A DNA stretch of 45,434 nt from Chthoniobacterales bacterium (GTDB lineage Bacteria > Verrucomicrobiota > Verrucomicrobiia > Chthoniobacterales > JBKEAD01), in NCBI GenBank assembly GCA_047973165.1, contig JBKEBM010000227.1, positions 1 to 45,434 on the forward strand. The letters are read 5' to 3'. Positions 36,446 through 45,434 of this stretch are shown piece after piece. Positions within the stretch are counted from its first letter, which is position 1, and each line of letters begins with the position of its first letter. A model generated the notes under the pieces. That model was not told the origin of the DNA. It searched no databases and worked only from the letters and a program-made list of their open reading frames with translations. The position numbers were made by a program, and so were the translations under genes.

Positions 36446-38026
36446 ATGAGTTCAACAAACCTCTGGCCCCGTTTTCAAAAATACTTCATTCGCTACGAAG
36501 ACCTCGGATTTTCACTTGATGTAAGTCGCGTCAATTTTTCGGATGACTTTCTCACTCACATCACTCCTCGCGCCACAAAGGCCCACCATGACATGCTTGA
36601 CCTTGAAAATGGAGCCATTGCAAATCCCGATGAGAACCGCATGGTCGGCCACTACTGGCTGCGCGACGCCTCACTCGCACCGAACGAAGAGTTGCGAGCC
36701 GATGTCGAAAATACCAAACGCGACATCCTGGAGTTTGCGAGCGATGTTCATTCCGGAAAAATCACCGGTGCCTCCGGTAAAAAAATCTCTCAGCTCCTGC
36801 TCATCGGTATTGGCGGTTCCGCTCTCGGTCCACAGCTTGTTGCCGATGCGCTCCGGACTCCAAACGACCCGGTGCAGGTTCATTTCTTCGACAATACCGA
36901 TCCCGATGGAATGAACAAAGTACTCGACCAGCTCGATGGTAAACTTGAAGAAACTCTCGTCGCTGTCGTTTCCAAATCCGGCGGCACCAAAGAGTCCCGC
37001 AATGGTATGCTGACTGCACAGGCGGCTTTTCAAAAAGCCGAAATTGACTTTGCAAAACACGCTGTCGCCGTCACCGGCAAAGACAGCCTCCTCGACAAAA
37101 CCGCGACCTCTGAAGGCTGGCTGAAACGCTTCCCGATGTTTGACTGGATCGGCGGACGCACCTCCGTAATGAGCGCAGTCGGTCTCCTCCCCATGGCTCT
37201 CCAGGGCATCGACGTCGAAGCTCTTCTCTCCGGTGCCAAAGCCATGGATGCCAAAACCCGCGGCGACGACCTCCCAAAAAATGCAGCCATGATGCTTGCC
37301 CTCATGTGGTATGCGATTGGCGACGGAAAAGGAAAAAAAGACATGGTCATCCTGCCCTACAAAGATCGCCTGCTGCTTTTCAGCCGTTACCTGCAACAGC
37401 TCGTCATGGAATCACTCGGAAAAAAACTCGACCTCGACGGCCAGACCGTCCACCAGGGTATCGCGGTATACGGAAATAAAGGCTCTACCGACCAGCACGC
37501 CTACGTTCAGCAGCTTCGCGATGGTGTTAATAATTTTTTTGCCACCTTTATCCAGGTTGAAAAATCCGCCGTCGGCTCGATTCCTGAAGTCGAACCCGGT
37601 GTCGATGCCGGTGATTACCTCCAGGGTTTTTTGAGAGGAACCCGTGCGGCTCTTTACGAAAGCGACCGCGAGTCCATCACGATCTCAATCCCGGAATTCA
37701 ACGCCTTTCAGCTCGGTTTACTCATCGCTCTCTACGAACGCGCCGTCGGCTTTTACGGCAATCTGGTAAACATCAACGCCTATCACCAACCCGGTGTCGA
37801 GGCCGGCAAAAAAGCTGCCGAGCGTATTCTGCAGCTTCAGGCAAAAGCTGTCGCCCACCTGAAATCCACCGGAAGTGAGCAAACGGCGGAGCAGGCCGCA
37901 CTCGCCATCGAATGTGATCCCGAAGAAGCCTTTCACATCCTCACCCATCTTGCCGCCAACCGTGCCAACATCAAACGCACTCCCGGCAAACATATATCCG
38001 AAGAAACTTTTCAACTTTTAAGTTAA
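36446..38026 (+). CDS. pgi: Glucose-6-phosphate isomerase
   Basis: [33 protein letters not shown] and [15 protein letters not shown] are present. The length is 526 aa. Confidence 0.9.
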   Translation: MSSTNLWPRFQKYFIRYEDLGFSLDVSRVNFSDDFLTHITPRATKAHHDMLDLENGAIANPDENRMVGHYWLRDASLAPNEELRADVENTKRDILEFASDVHSGKITGASGKKISQLLLIGIGGSALGPQLVADALRTPNDPVQVHFFDNTDPDGMNKVLDQLDGKLEETLVAVVSKSGGTKESRNGMLTAQAAFQKAEIDFAKHAVAVTGKDSLLDKTATSEGWLKRFPMFDWIGGRTSVMSAVGLLPMALQGIDVEALLSGAKAMDAKTRGDDLPKNAAMMLALMWYAIGDGKGKKDMVILPYKDRLLLFSRYLQQLVMESLGKKLDLDGQTVHQGIAVYGNKGSTDQHAYVQQLRDGVNNFFATFIQVEKSAVGSIPEVEPGVDAGDYLQGFLRGTRAALYESDRESITISIPEFNAFQLGLLIALYERAVGFYGNLVNINAYHQPGVEAGKKAAERILQLQAKAVAHLKSTGSEQTAEQAALAIECDPEEAFHILTHLAANRANIKRTPGKHISEETFQLLS

Positions 38027-38413
38027 ATGGCCTCCTCTTGTTTTCGGTATTCTTTCCAGCTGATTTTGCTTTCGCTCATCGCCGTAGTAATAACGGCCTG
38101 CGACTCGCCGGAAGCAACGCTCGACCGTATCCGGCGAGAGGTTCAGTCCTACACAAAAGAACAGACTTCCGAAAAAAAGACGGCCATCGAAGCCAGCTTT
38201 GAAAAGCTCGACAAGCAAATCGATAAACTCGCCCAAAGCGGAAGAAGCATTGAAGCAAAAAGCCTGAAAGACCAGCGCGACCGTGTGATGACCGAGTTTA
38301 AGCAAGCACAGTTTGATGGTGCTGTTGACCAGGCTCGCAGTGCTATCAGAAAAGTGAGTGCCGCTATTAAGCAGGCCCGAGACAGCTTTTCAGATACGAC
38401 AAAAGACGAGTAG
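38027..38413 (+). CDS. Small helical lipoprotein, function unknown
   Basis: The lipobox signal is LILLSLIAVVITAC. The mature part is charged and helical. The ATG follows the pgi stop codon directly. Confidence 0.5.
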   Translation: MASSCFRYSFQLILLSLIAVVITACDSPEATLDRIRREVQSYTKEQTSEKKTAIEASFEKLDKQIDKLAQSGRSIEAKSLKDQRDRVMTEFKQAQFDGAVDQARSAIRKVSAAIKQARDSFSDTTKDE

Positions 38414-38452
38414 AGCGGCGAGGGCGGGGACAAAAATAGAAAGGCAGCCTTA

Positions 38453-39208
38453 TTAAGCAGCCTTATATCCACCCTCGGCAGCCATCCAGGCCGCCCCGAT
38501 GATTCCCGCTTCGTTTCTCATTTTAGCAGGAACGACCGGTGCGCTCACAGACGTTTCGAGATAGGGGATAAATTTGTCTCCCTTTTTGCTGATGCCACCA
38601 CCAATGATAAAAAGGTCCGGCGAAAACAGTATCTCCAACTCATTTAAAAAATCGACGAGTCGTTTTGACCATTTTTTCCAGCTCAGATTTTTTTCCTCAC
38701 GGACACGTTCCGAAGCACGCTTTTCCGCATCTTTACCTCGGATTTTTAAATGACCAAACTCTGAATTTGGTAAAAGTCTGCCGTCTTGAAAAACCGCAGA
38801 ACCGATCCCTGTTCCCAAAGTCAGCATCACGACGGTACCCTTTTGCCCCAGACCGGCTCCAAATTTAATCTCTGCCACTCCCGCCGCATCGGCATCGTTT
38901 ATCAAAGTCACATCACCATCGACCTGGTCTGTAAAAAGTTTTCTCCCGTCAATTCCAATCCAGTGATCGTCCACATTGGCCGCCGTATGAACGATGTTTT
39001 TTTTAATAACTCCCGGAAAAGTAATTCCCGCGGGTCCGGAGTAGTCCAGATTCTTCGTGATCTCGCCGACTACGTCTGCGACAGCATCCGGCAGAGACGG
39101 TGAAGGGGTTGGAATGCGACAACGAGGCGTCACCAATTCTCCACTCTCCACATTCACTATCGCTCCCTTTATCCCGGTTCCTCCAATATCAATTCCAAGA
39201 AAGTTCAT
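38453..39208 (-). CDS. ppgK: ROK-family polyphosphate/ATP glucokinase
   Basis: MNFLGIDIGGTGIKGAIVN, LINDADAAGVAE, TLGTGIGSA and IIGGGISKK are present. The length is 251 aa. Confidence 0.75.
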   Translation of the reverse strand: MNFLGIDIGGTGIKGAIVNVESGELVTPRCRIPTPSPSLPDAVADVVGEITKNLDYSGPAGITFPGVIKKNIVHTAANVDDHWIGIDGRKLFTDQVDGDVTLINDADAAGVAEIKFGAGLGQKGTVVMLTLGTGIGSAVFQDGRLLPNSEFGHLKIRGKDAEKRASERVREEKNLSWKKWSKRLVDFLNELEILFSPDLFIIGGGISKKGDKFIPYLETSVSAPVVPAKMRNEAGIIGAAWMAAEGGYKAA

Positions 39209-39314
39209 AATCGCTTATTTCAGTTTCACGCTGAGACTAGCAAAACAAAAGCACTCCGGCCAGCCCGAAGACAAGGAGGTTTTTTAAATACGTTTTGTTC
39301 TCCCGAAGCTCCTG

Positions 39315-40595
39315 TTATTCCCGGGCATCGGGAACTGTCGGCCACTCCCAGTCGAGCCAGTCGATTTCGTCTGTCGGTGTCGGGTTCGATGTCAGAAACA
39401 AAACAACTCGTAGTCCATCTGTAACGTAGGGGTCGTGAGTGAAATTTTTCCGTGGATTTTTCCGCGACGATACGCCGACTCCTTTTACATACCCTGTCGC
39501 CTGCACGGCGGATGAAAGCAGCAAATCCTGCAGCAGATAGTCCCTTGCTTCGTCAACTTCCGGATCGATTACGTGAGTCACAAGTGTGCGGCTGTTTAGT
39601 TTCACTCCGATGTCCCGACTTATTTGCCCGACCCAGACAGGCTCGCCTTCACAGTCTACGGGTGCTCTCCAGACACGGAAATGATTTCGCTCATTCACAT
39701 TTTTTCGGGCTTTTTGCAAAGCGTAGTCCTGCTTCCTGTCGAAGAGCATCAAGGGTGAAACAGGCGAAGTCCGGTAAGACATTCCAAAGATCGATGAAAG
39801 CACAGTTCGGAATGCAGTTCCGAGTCGAAGCGTCTCGGTTGGGTCCCAACCTTGCTTTGAAAAGGTAGCCAAACCCAGTCGGGATTTTCCGACAATGACG
39901 ATATTCAACGGGTCCCCCGGTGTCTTACCATCTCCGCCAAAAACGGTTGAGGGTAGTTTTTCCAGATACTTTCTTAACTCTCGCCGACTTAGGTTTGGCT
40001 TGTCGGTTTTGTGCTCGGCATTGATAACAGCCTGAGACGCATTGAAGTCGGTTTGCAATCCCGGAATCATCTGTGCAAAGGAAAAGGAATAACTCTCTTG
40101 GTCGCCTATCAACTGCACATTGAATGCCTTCATTCCCGGGTCACTATTTGTAAAAACATATCCTTCCGTGTGCTTGCCCGGACGCGCCAGCATCGGCAGT
40201 TGCTTTTTTGAGAAGAAGTTCATTTTTTTTCGAACGCCTCTTTCAAACGGCCCGCTGCTCCGCCATGCAGCCTCTGAGGGAGAAATATAATTCGGGTCCA
40301 GGGCTATCAGCATTACGAGCAATTCCTCATCCAGTTTATTATCGATACTTACCCACACGGGCTGGATGTCGCTCCCGGCGAGTTTTGATCCGAATACCTG
40401 TTTGGCCTCATGATCTGTCAGTACGACTGCCGACACCGATACATCACCTTGGGAACGTGTTACGGCTCGCTGCAGGTATTCGTGGCGGCTTTCGCGAGGC
40501 GGTGTAAAACTCGCACAGCCCGAAGCCCATACCAGTAACAGGAGGCCCGGCAGCAAGCGCTCATATCTACACATTTTCTGATATATTTTTCTCAC
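39315..40595 (-). CDS. Lipoprotein with an LssY-like C-terminal domain
   Basis: The lipobox is LLPGLLLLVWASGC. The C-terminal half, GDPLNIVIVG...FSKQGWDPTE...NERNHFRVWRAP...GEPVWVGQISRDIG, resembles the LssY C-terminal family. The start is either GTG at 40595 (GTGA overlap with the upstream ATPase stop) or ATG at 40574. Confidence 0.55.
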   Translation of the reverse strand: MRKIYQKMCRYERLLPGLLLLVWASGCASFTPPRESRHEYLQRAVTRSQGDVSVSAVVLTDHEAKQVFGSKLAGSDIQPVWVSIDNKLDEELLVMLIALDPNYISPSEAAWRSSGPFERGVRKKMNFFSKKQLPMLARPGKHTEGYVFTNSDPGMKAFNVQLIGDQESYSFSFAQMIPGLQTDFNASQAVINAEHKTDKPNLSRRELRKYLEKLPSTVFGGDGKTPGDPLNIVIVGKSRLGLATFSKQGWDPTETLRLGTAFRTVLSSIFGMSYRTSPVSPLMLFDRKQDYALQKARKNVNERNHFRVWRAPVDCEGEPVWVGQISRDIGVKLNSRTLVTHVIDPEVDEARDYLLQDLLLSSAVQATGYVKGVGVSSRKNPRKNFTHDPYVTDGLRVVLFLTSNPTPTDEIDWLDWEWPTVPDARE

Positions 40596-41425
40596 ACTTT
40601 GAGTGCGTCGTAATCAATCGTCTTCAGGCGTCCCGTTGATTTCCCGAGGCGCGGGATGCATTCGATCAAAGCCTTTGTGTAGGGGTGCTGCGGATTTCCC
40701 AGAACTTCTTCCGTAACTCCATGCTCAACAATTTCTCCCGCAAACATGACGGCGACCCGGTCACACAAGCCACGGATAACTGCAAAATTATGGGTGATTA
40801 AAATAATAGCCATGCCGAATTCCTTTCGGAGACGTTTTAACTCCTCCAGTATCTGAGCCTGAATAGTCACGTCCAAAGCAGTCGTCGGCTCATCGGCAAT
40901 TAAGAGCTTTGGCCGGCAGCTCAGTGCCATTGCAATCATCGCCCGCTGCTGCATGCCACCGCTTAACTGATGAGGATAATCCCGCATACGCTGCTCTGCA
41001 TTACGAATCCCGACTGCATTCAGCCACTTGAGAATCTCTGCATCGATATCCGTAACTTCCGGACGGTGCAGACGGACTGCCTCTGCAATTTGATTTCGAA
41101 TCGTATAAACCGGATTCAGTGAAGTCGAAGGCTCCTGAAAAATATAAGCGATCTTTCCACCTCGCAAAGCACGCAGCTCCGCTCCGTTCATCTCAAGAAC
41201 ATTGTGTCCTTCAAATAAAATTTTGCTGTCAGAATACTCTGCCGGTGGCGTCGGAAGCAGGCGAGTGAGAGAAAGCGCACTCACACTTTTTCCGCTGCCG
41301 CTTTCGCCGACAATGGCAAGGGTCTCTCCCTCATCCAGAGAAAAATTAACCCCGCGAACGGCGTGGTTTGTCCCTTCTTCACTGTGAAAGTGGATATTCA
41401 GATTTTCGACTTGGAGCATACTCAT
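40592..41425 (-). CDS. ABC transporter ATP-binding protein, OppD/DppD type. It is the only NBD gene in the operon.
   Basis: Walker A is GESGSGKS, the signature is LSGGMQQR and Walker B is LLIADEPTTALD. NPQHPYTKAL is the oligopeptide-type C-terminal motif. Confidence 0.85.
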   Translation of the reverse strand: MSMLQVENLNIHFHSEEGTNHAVRGVNFSLDEGETLAIVGESGSGKSVSALSLTRLLPTPPAEYSDSKILFEGHNVLEMNGAELRALRGGKIAYIFQEPSTSLNPVYTIRNQIAEAVRLHRPEVTDIDAEILKWLNAVGIRNAEQRMRDYPHQLSGGMQQRAMIAMALSCRPKLLIADEPTTALDVTIQAQILEELKRLRKEFGMAIILITHNFAVIRGLCDRVAVMFAGEIVEHGVTEEVLGNPQHPYTKALIECIPRLGKSTGRLKTIDYDALKV

Positions 41426-41436
41426 AATATATATCC

Positions 41437-42315
41437 TTATTTTCGTTCAGAACGCGATTCTGTGGCATCGCGCAAACCGTCACCTGCCAGGTAAAAAGTG
41501 AGGGTTGTAATTAAAATTGCCAGACCAGGAAAAAAGATAAGCCACCAGGCATCTAATATATAAGTTTTTCCGTCTGATATAATATTTCCCCAGGTTGCCT
41601 GTGGAGGCTGCACTCCAAAGCCAAGGAAGCTTAATCCCGCTTCAGTCAGAATCGCTCCGGGAATCCCCAGGACGGCTACGACCAGGATAGGAGCCATTGC
41701 ATTGGGAAGAATATGGCGAAAAATAATTCCAAAAGCACTTTGGCCGAGACCTTTTGCTGCTCTCACATATTCAGCTTCCCGCAGAGTCAGAAATTCCGCT
41801 CTTACGAGACGGGCAGTTCCGGTCCAGCTTACCAGACCGATCACAACAATAATATTTATGATACTCGGTCCAAGCAGGGCGACGGCTGTTAAAATAAGAA
41901 AAAAGGTGGGAAAACACATAATCGCATCGACGATACGCATGATCACATTATCCACCCATCCGCGCAGGTAGCCGGAAATTGCACCGACTAAAACTCCTAT
42001 CGTAAGTGATACGCCGACTGCGATAAATCCGACGGTTAGCGAAATATAAGAACCCTGCAAAATACGCGAAAAAACATCCCTGCCCAGATTATCCGTGCCC
42101 AGCCAGTTTGTCGTATTGGGAGCCAGCAGCTTCCTCTCCAGAAAGGTGGCATTGGGATCAAAGGGAAAATAAATTCCAAAGAAAGAAAAGAGAGCTGTGA
42201 AAGCAGCAATGACAAACAGAAGCGCCACGACAGCAGCAGAGACCACGGCAACGCGATTCTTTAAAAAACGTCGCCGTATGCGCTGTCCAGGAGTTAAAAA
42301 TTCGTTCTTATTCAT
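41437..42315 (-). CDS. ABC transporter permease, OppC/DppC type
   Basis: The N-terminal helix plus GTDNLGRDVFSRIL is the hallmark of OppC/DppC. The EAA loop is EYVRAAKGLGQSAFGIIFRHILPN. Confidence 0.85.
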   Translation of the reverse strand: MNKNEFLTPGQRIRRRFLKNRVAVVSAAVVALLFVIAAFTALFSFFGIYFPFDPNATFLERKLLAPNTTNWLGTDNLGRDVFSRILQGSYISLTVGFIAVGVSLTIGVLVGAISGYLRGWVDNVIMRIVDAIMCFPTFFLILTAVALLGPSIINIIVVIGLVSWTGTARLVRAEFLTLREAEYVRAAKGLGQSAFGIIFRHILPNAMAPILVVAVLGIPGAILTEAGLSFLGFGVQPPQATWGNIISDGKTYILDAWWLIFFPGLAILITTLTFYLAGDGLRDATESRSERK

Positions 42316-43274
42316 TCCAGACGAACCCTTGGATCAACCAGGGCATATAATATATCAGCCAGTAAATTTCCAAGCAGCACCAGGGCTGCAACGATAAAAT
42401 TCAGAGCTACGAGAGTCGGATAATCTCTCTCCAAAACCGCCTCATACCCCAGGCGGCCAAGCCCGGGATAAGCAAAAATACTTTCTATAATAACGGCTCC
42501 TCCAATCAGGCCCGGCAGCAAAAGACCTATCCCCGTAATCAGCGGGCGAATCGAATTTCTCAAAGCATGCTTATAAAAAACAACTCTCTCTTCGACCCCC
42601 TTTGCACGGGCGGTTCTGATATAGTCTTCGCGCAGAGTCTCGACCATGCTTGCACGAATAAAACGCGACTGTGCAGCAATCCCGCCGATGGCCAGAACGA
42701 TTCCCGGCACGGCAACATGCCAGAGTTGATCGAGAAAAAACGATATATTATTTGTAAACACAACTCCATAGGATCGCGTTCCAAGAATCGGGACAGCAAA
42801 TCCATTTACCAAAGCAATCGCGATAAGGTAAGAAACCCAGAATCCGGGAAGTGCTATAAAAATAAATGCGAGGACTGAGGTGAGCATATCGGGAAGGCGA
42901 CCGAAATAACGCGCCCCAAAAACTCCCAGCAACAGACCAAAAGTCAGCGAAAGAACCATAGCGAAGAGGTTTAGTTTGATAGTGGCCGGAAGCCGCTCCA
43001 CAATTTTCCCAAGAACAGGCTGCTCGTCTTTGAGGCTTCGTAAATCCCCTGTAAACAGATCTCTCATGATATAGCCGTATTGCTCAATTAGCGGCTTATC
43101 GAGATGGAATTTTTTTCTGAAAGCTTCTTTAATTTCCGGTGAAATATCCGGATTTAAATCTCCCCAGGGGTAAGGGCTGCCCGGAGTCAGCGTGACTATC
43201 AGAAATGAAATCACGCTGATGAAAAACAGCAGGACGACTGTAATCAAAAGACGACGTATAATAAAGTGAGTCAT
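42312..43274 (-). CDS. ABC transporter permease, OppB/DppB type
   Basis: MTHFIIRRLLITVVLLFFISVISF is at the N-terminus. The EAA loop is DYIRTARAKGVEERVVFYKHALRNS. There are 4-nt overlaps with both neighbours. Confidence 0.85.
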   Translation of the reverse strand: MTHFIIRRLLITVVLLFFISVISFLIVTLTPGSPYPWGDLNPDISPEIKEAFRKKFHLDKPLIEQYGYIMRDLFTGDLRSLKDEQPVLGKIVERLPATIKLNLFAMVLSLTFGLLLGVFGARYFGRLPDMLTSVLAFIFIALPGFWVSYLIAIALVNGFAVPILGTRSYGVVFTNNISFFLDQLWHVAVPGIVLAIGGIAAQSRFIRASMVETLREDYIRTARAKGVEERVVFYKHALRNSIRPLITGIGLLLPGLIGGAVIIESIFAYPGLGRLGYEAVLERDYPTLVALNFIVAALVLLGNLLADILYALVDPRVRLE

Positions 43275-45382
43275 GGCTGCGCCCCCTTTCTGTCGGCTGG
43301 AAGCCTGTCTGAAAACTCAGGACGATAGAACCACTGTAGATAATAAGACCATCCAGCTTTGGTAATCTCTACCGGAGATTCCACCCACCCGCCATTGTCA
43401 TCGGGACGCAAAATGCGATAGGTGTCTTTCCACATAACCGCCGTTCCGTCCGGGACGAAAAGGAAGAGATAGGGTTGATCTTCGTAGATGGTTCGCTGCA
43501 TTTCGGAGGCCATTTTAATGATAGCCTCTCTGTCATACTCCTGGCGTATCTCTTCGAGCAGGGTGTCCACTCTTTTATTTTTATATCCCACGAAGTTTAA
43601 CTGCCCGGGATTTGTTTGTGAGGAATGCCATATCTGAAACTGATCGTAGTCTCTGGAGAGTGACCAGCCCAGCACGCAGGCATCGAACTCCGATTTGTTA
43701 ATAAAATTTTTCAGAAAAACTGTCCATTCGTATATCTCGACTTTCACGTCGATACCGATTTTTTTTAAATTGTCCTGAACGATTGTTGCAATGTCTCGTC
43801 GCACTTCGTTTCCGTTATTTACTATGATCGTGAAGGCAAATTGTTCCCCGTCTTTCTGTAATATACCATCCGGCCCCGGTGTCCATCCCGCCTCTGCGAG
43901 CAGAGCCTGAGCTTTTTCCGGATCATAGACATAGGGTTTTATGCTCGGATCAAAGAACCACATTTCGGGTGTAAAAATTCCTGTGGACTGAATCCCGTGA
44001 CCATATAACACGTATTTGATCATCTCCGGTATATTGACTGCATGGGCCAGTGCACGACGAACCTGGATATCCTGAAAAAGCGGATGCTGCAGATTCCAGC
44101 CCAGGTAGGAGTAGGAATTTACGGGAGACGAGAATACCTGAAAGCGATCATCTTCTTCAAAGGCTTTTACAGCCCAGGGATCTGCATTCCAGAAATCCAC
44201 CTGGTGCGTCTCAAAAGCCAGTCGCAAGGTGAGGGGATCCGGCAACACGCGAAAAACAATACTGTCCAGCCACGGACCGGGCGCCAGGAAGTAATCCGGG
44301 TTACGTTTCAGCCTTACATACTCATTGGTTCGCCACTCATCGAAAGCAAAAGGTCCGGTTCCTACCGGAGAGCGATTAAAATGGATTGCCCACCAGGATA
44401 CCGGTTTATCTTTTAAAATATGCGCCGGAATAATCGAGATCATCCAGCTTGTGAGTGCGGGTGAAAAAGGTTTTCGGTAGCGAACGCTCACGCGATGCGG
44501 ACCGTCCGCCGTGACATCAGCTATCAGGTCAAAATCCGCCTTACGCGGAGAGGCAACCTCGTCTTTCATAATCGCCTCGTAAGTAAAAATAACATCCTCC
44601 GAAGTGAACGGCTCCCCATCGTGCCAGCGCACATCGTCGCGCAGATCAAAGACAACCAGCGGCTCTGCCAAAAAAGTTTTCTGCTCTCCCGCCGTATATT
44701 CCGCCTTCCATTCCGGAAATTTTTTATTGAATGCCTCAAGTGCCTGGGCGGCCTCATCCTCGCCGCCGCGCAGGGTCAGTTCATAGCCGACACTCGTCGC
44801 AAACCAGGTCCGAAGAACCGGCAGATCGGGAAATTCTTTTCGGAACGCTTCATTAAATTTTTTTGCGGAGGCAGGTTCACCTTTTACAACAATTTGAAGG
44901 GGCCAAACGGGCTGCAGGTTTTCTTTCCCAATAAAGTCAGCGATTTTCTGAGTCGCAGTCAGTCCGGGCAGATCAAAATGCAAAAGCACCTGCGAGGGAT
45001 CGTCCTTTTTCAACGTTGCCTGAAGCAGTTTCCAATCGGGATACTCTGCTTTTGTGGCATTGATTTTTTCCATTGCGGCTGTTGCAGCGGACGCATTTTC
45101 AAAGCAAAAAGTCGAAGTCTGGCTCAGTGTCCATTTTGTCGCAAGGTCCCCACGAATCTCCAGGTTCTGATCGTAAGTCAGCAGGGAATTAAATATGAGC
45201 GAGGTAACCTGAGCAGCCGCTCCGTCCGCACCCTGGATGGGATTCAGCGTGGAAGGTTCGCCAAGAGTCCCGAGAGACATTTCGTTCTGCTTGTGAGTGG
45301 AAAGACGGGTCGCATTAAAAAACGCAGCCAAAATCAGGAGCGTTAAAAAAATCGGGATTCCAAAAACAAAGAAGCGCATCAC
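43271..45382 (-). CDS. ABC substrate-binding protein, family 5 (OppA/DppA-like). It is unusually long, with an internal insertion.
   Basis: EPSTLNPIQG...SLIFNSLLTYDQNLEIRGDLATKW and FDLRDDVRWHDGEPFTSEDVIFTY are the two halves of the normally contiguous family-5 N-terminal signature. GPFAFDEW...YVRLKRNPDYF is also present. The 703-aa length compares with a typical ~500-550 aa. Confidence 0.8.
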   Translation of the reverse strand: MMRFFVFGIPIFLTLLILAAFFNATRLSTHKQNEMSLGTLGEPSTLNPIQGADGAAAQVTSLIFNSLLTYDQNLEIRGDLATKWTLSQTSTFCFENASAATAAMEKINATKAEYPDWKLLQATLKKDDPSQVLLHFDLPGLTATQKIADFIGKENLQPVWPLQIVVKGEPASAKKFNEAFRKEFPDLPVLRTWFATSVGYELTLRGGEDEAAQALEAFNKKFPEWKAEYTAGEQKTFLAEPLVVFDLRDDVRWHDGEPFTSEDVIFTYEAIMKDEVASPRKADFDLIADVTADGPHRVSVRYRKPFSPALTSWMISIIPAHILKDKPVSWWAIHFNRSPVGTGPFAFDEWRTNEYVRLKRNPDYFLAPGPWLDSIVFRVLPDPLTLRLAFETHQVDFWNADPWAVKAFEEDDRFQVFSSPVNSYSYLGWNLQHPLFQDIQVRRALAHAVNIPEMIKYVLYGHGIQSTGIFTPEMWFFDPSIKPYVYDPEKAQALLAEAGWTPGPDGILQKDGEQFAFTIIVNNGNEVRRDIATIVQDNLKKIGIDVKVEIYEWTVFLKNFINKSEFDACVLGWSLSRDYDQFQIWHSSQTNPGQLNFVGYKNKRVDTLLEEIRQEYDREAIIKMASEMQRTIYEDQPYLFLFVPDGTAVMWKDTYRILRPDDNGGWVESPVEITKAGWSYYLQWFYRPEFSDRLPADRKGAQP

Positions 45383-45434
45383 GTTGAGGGCAAATCAATG
45401 ACATACAAGCAGAGCCCTGGCAAACCCCGAGTTT

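Noticed and set aside
1-45434. I searched by eye for CRISPR arrays, tRNA/rRNA genes, IS or transposase or integrase genes, toxin-antitoxin pairs, retron or DGR reverse transcriptases, and known defence-system ATPases or nucleases.
   Set aside because: None was found. Every ORF over ~120 aa on the coding pattern has a housekeeping or envelope assignment or is a simple TPR protein or lipoprotein. No direct-repeat/spacer periodicity or cloverleaf-like segments were seen in the few intergenic gaps. A proper tRNAscan, Infernal and repeat scan would be needed to be certain.

Overview
This window looks like dense core chromosome from a diderm (Gram-negative-type) bacterium. I cannot assign a taxon by eye. 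I call about 41 protein genes, nearly all with recognisable housekeeping or envelope functions.

Gene content:
- Central metabolism: tal, pgi, ppgK, galK.
- Amino-acid and nucleotide biosynthesis: hom-thrC-lysC, proC, pyrE.
- Translation and tRNA modification: gatB, tsaB, tsaE.
- Peptidoglycan enzymes: nagZ, an Amidase_3-type amidase, a PBP5-like carboxypeptidase and PBP2.
- Other: parA and an Opp/Dpp-type ABC importer.

I found no rRNA, tRNA, CRISPR array, integrase, transposase or recognisable defence system. I do not see a convincing novel system and consider the region mostly ordinary.

The less ordinary items are:
1. A YdbH-like AsmA-family gene followed by one ORF that appears to fuse YnbE-like and YdbL-like modules.
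2. A tamB-like gene translationally coupled to an Omp85 gene, in the reverse of the classical order.
3. An Opp-like operon with only one ATPase gene, a tightly linked LssY-like lipoprotein gene, and a binding protein carrying a ~150-aa insertion.
4. A start-less relic of an N4/N6 DNA methyltransferase.
5. Tandem SGNH-hydrolase paralogs with a near-identical internal DNA patch.

All calls rest on motif recognition and hand translation. No searches were run.
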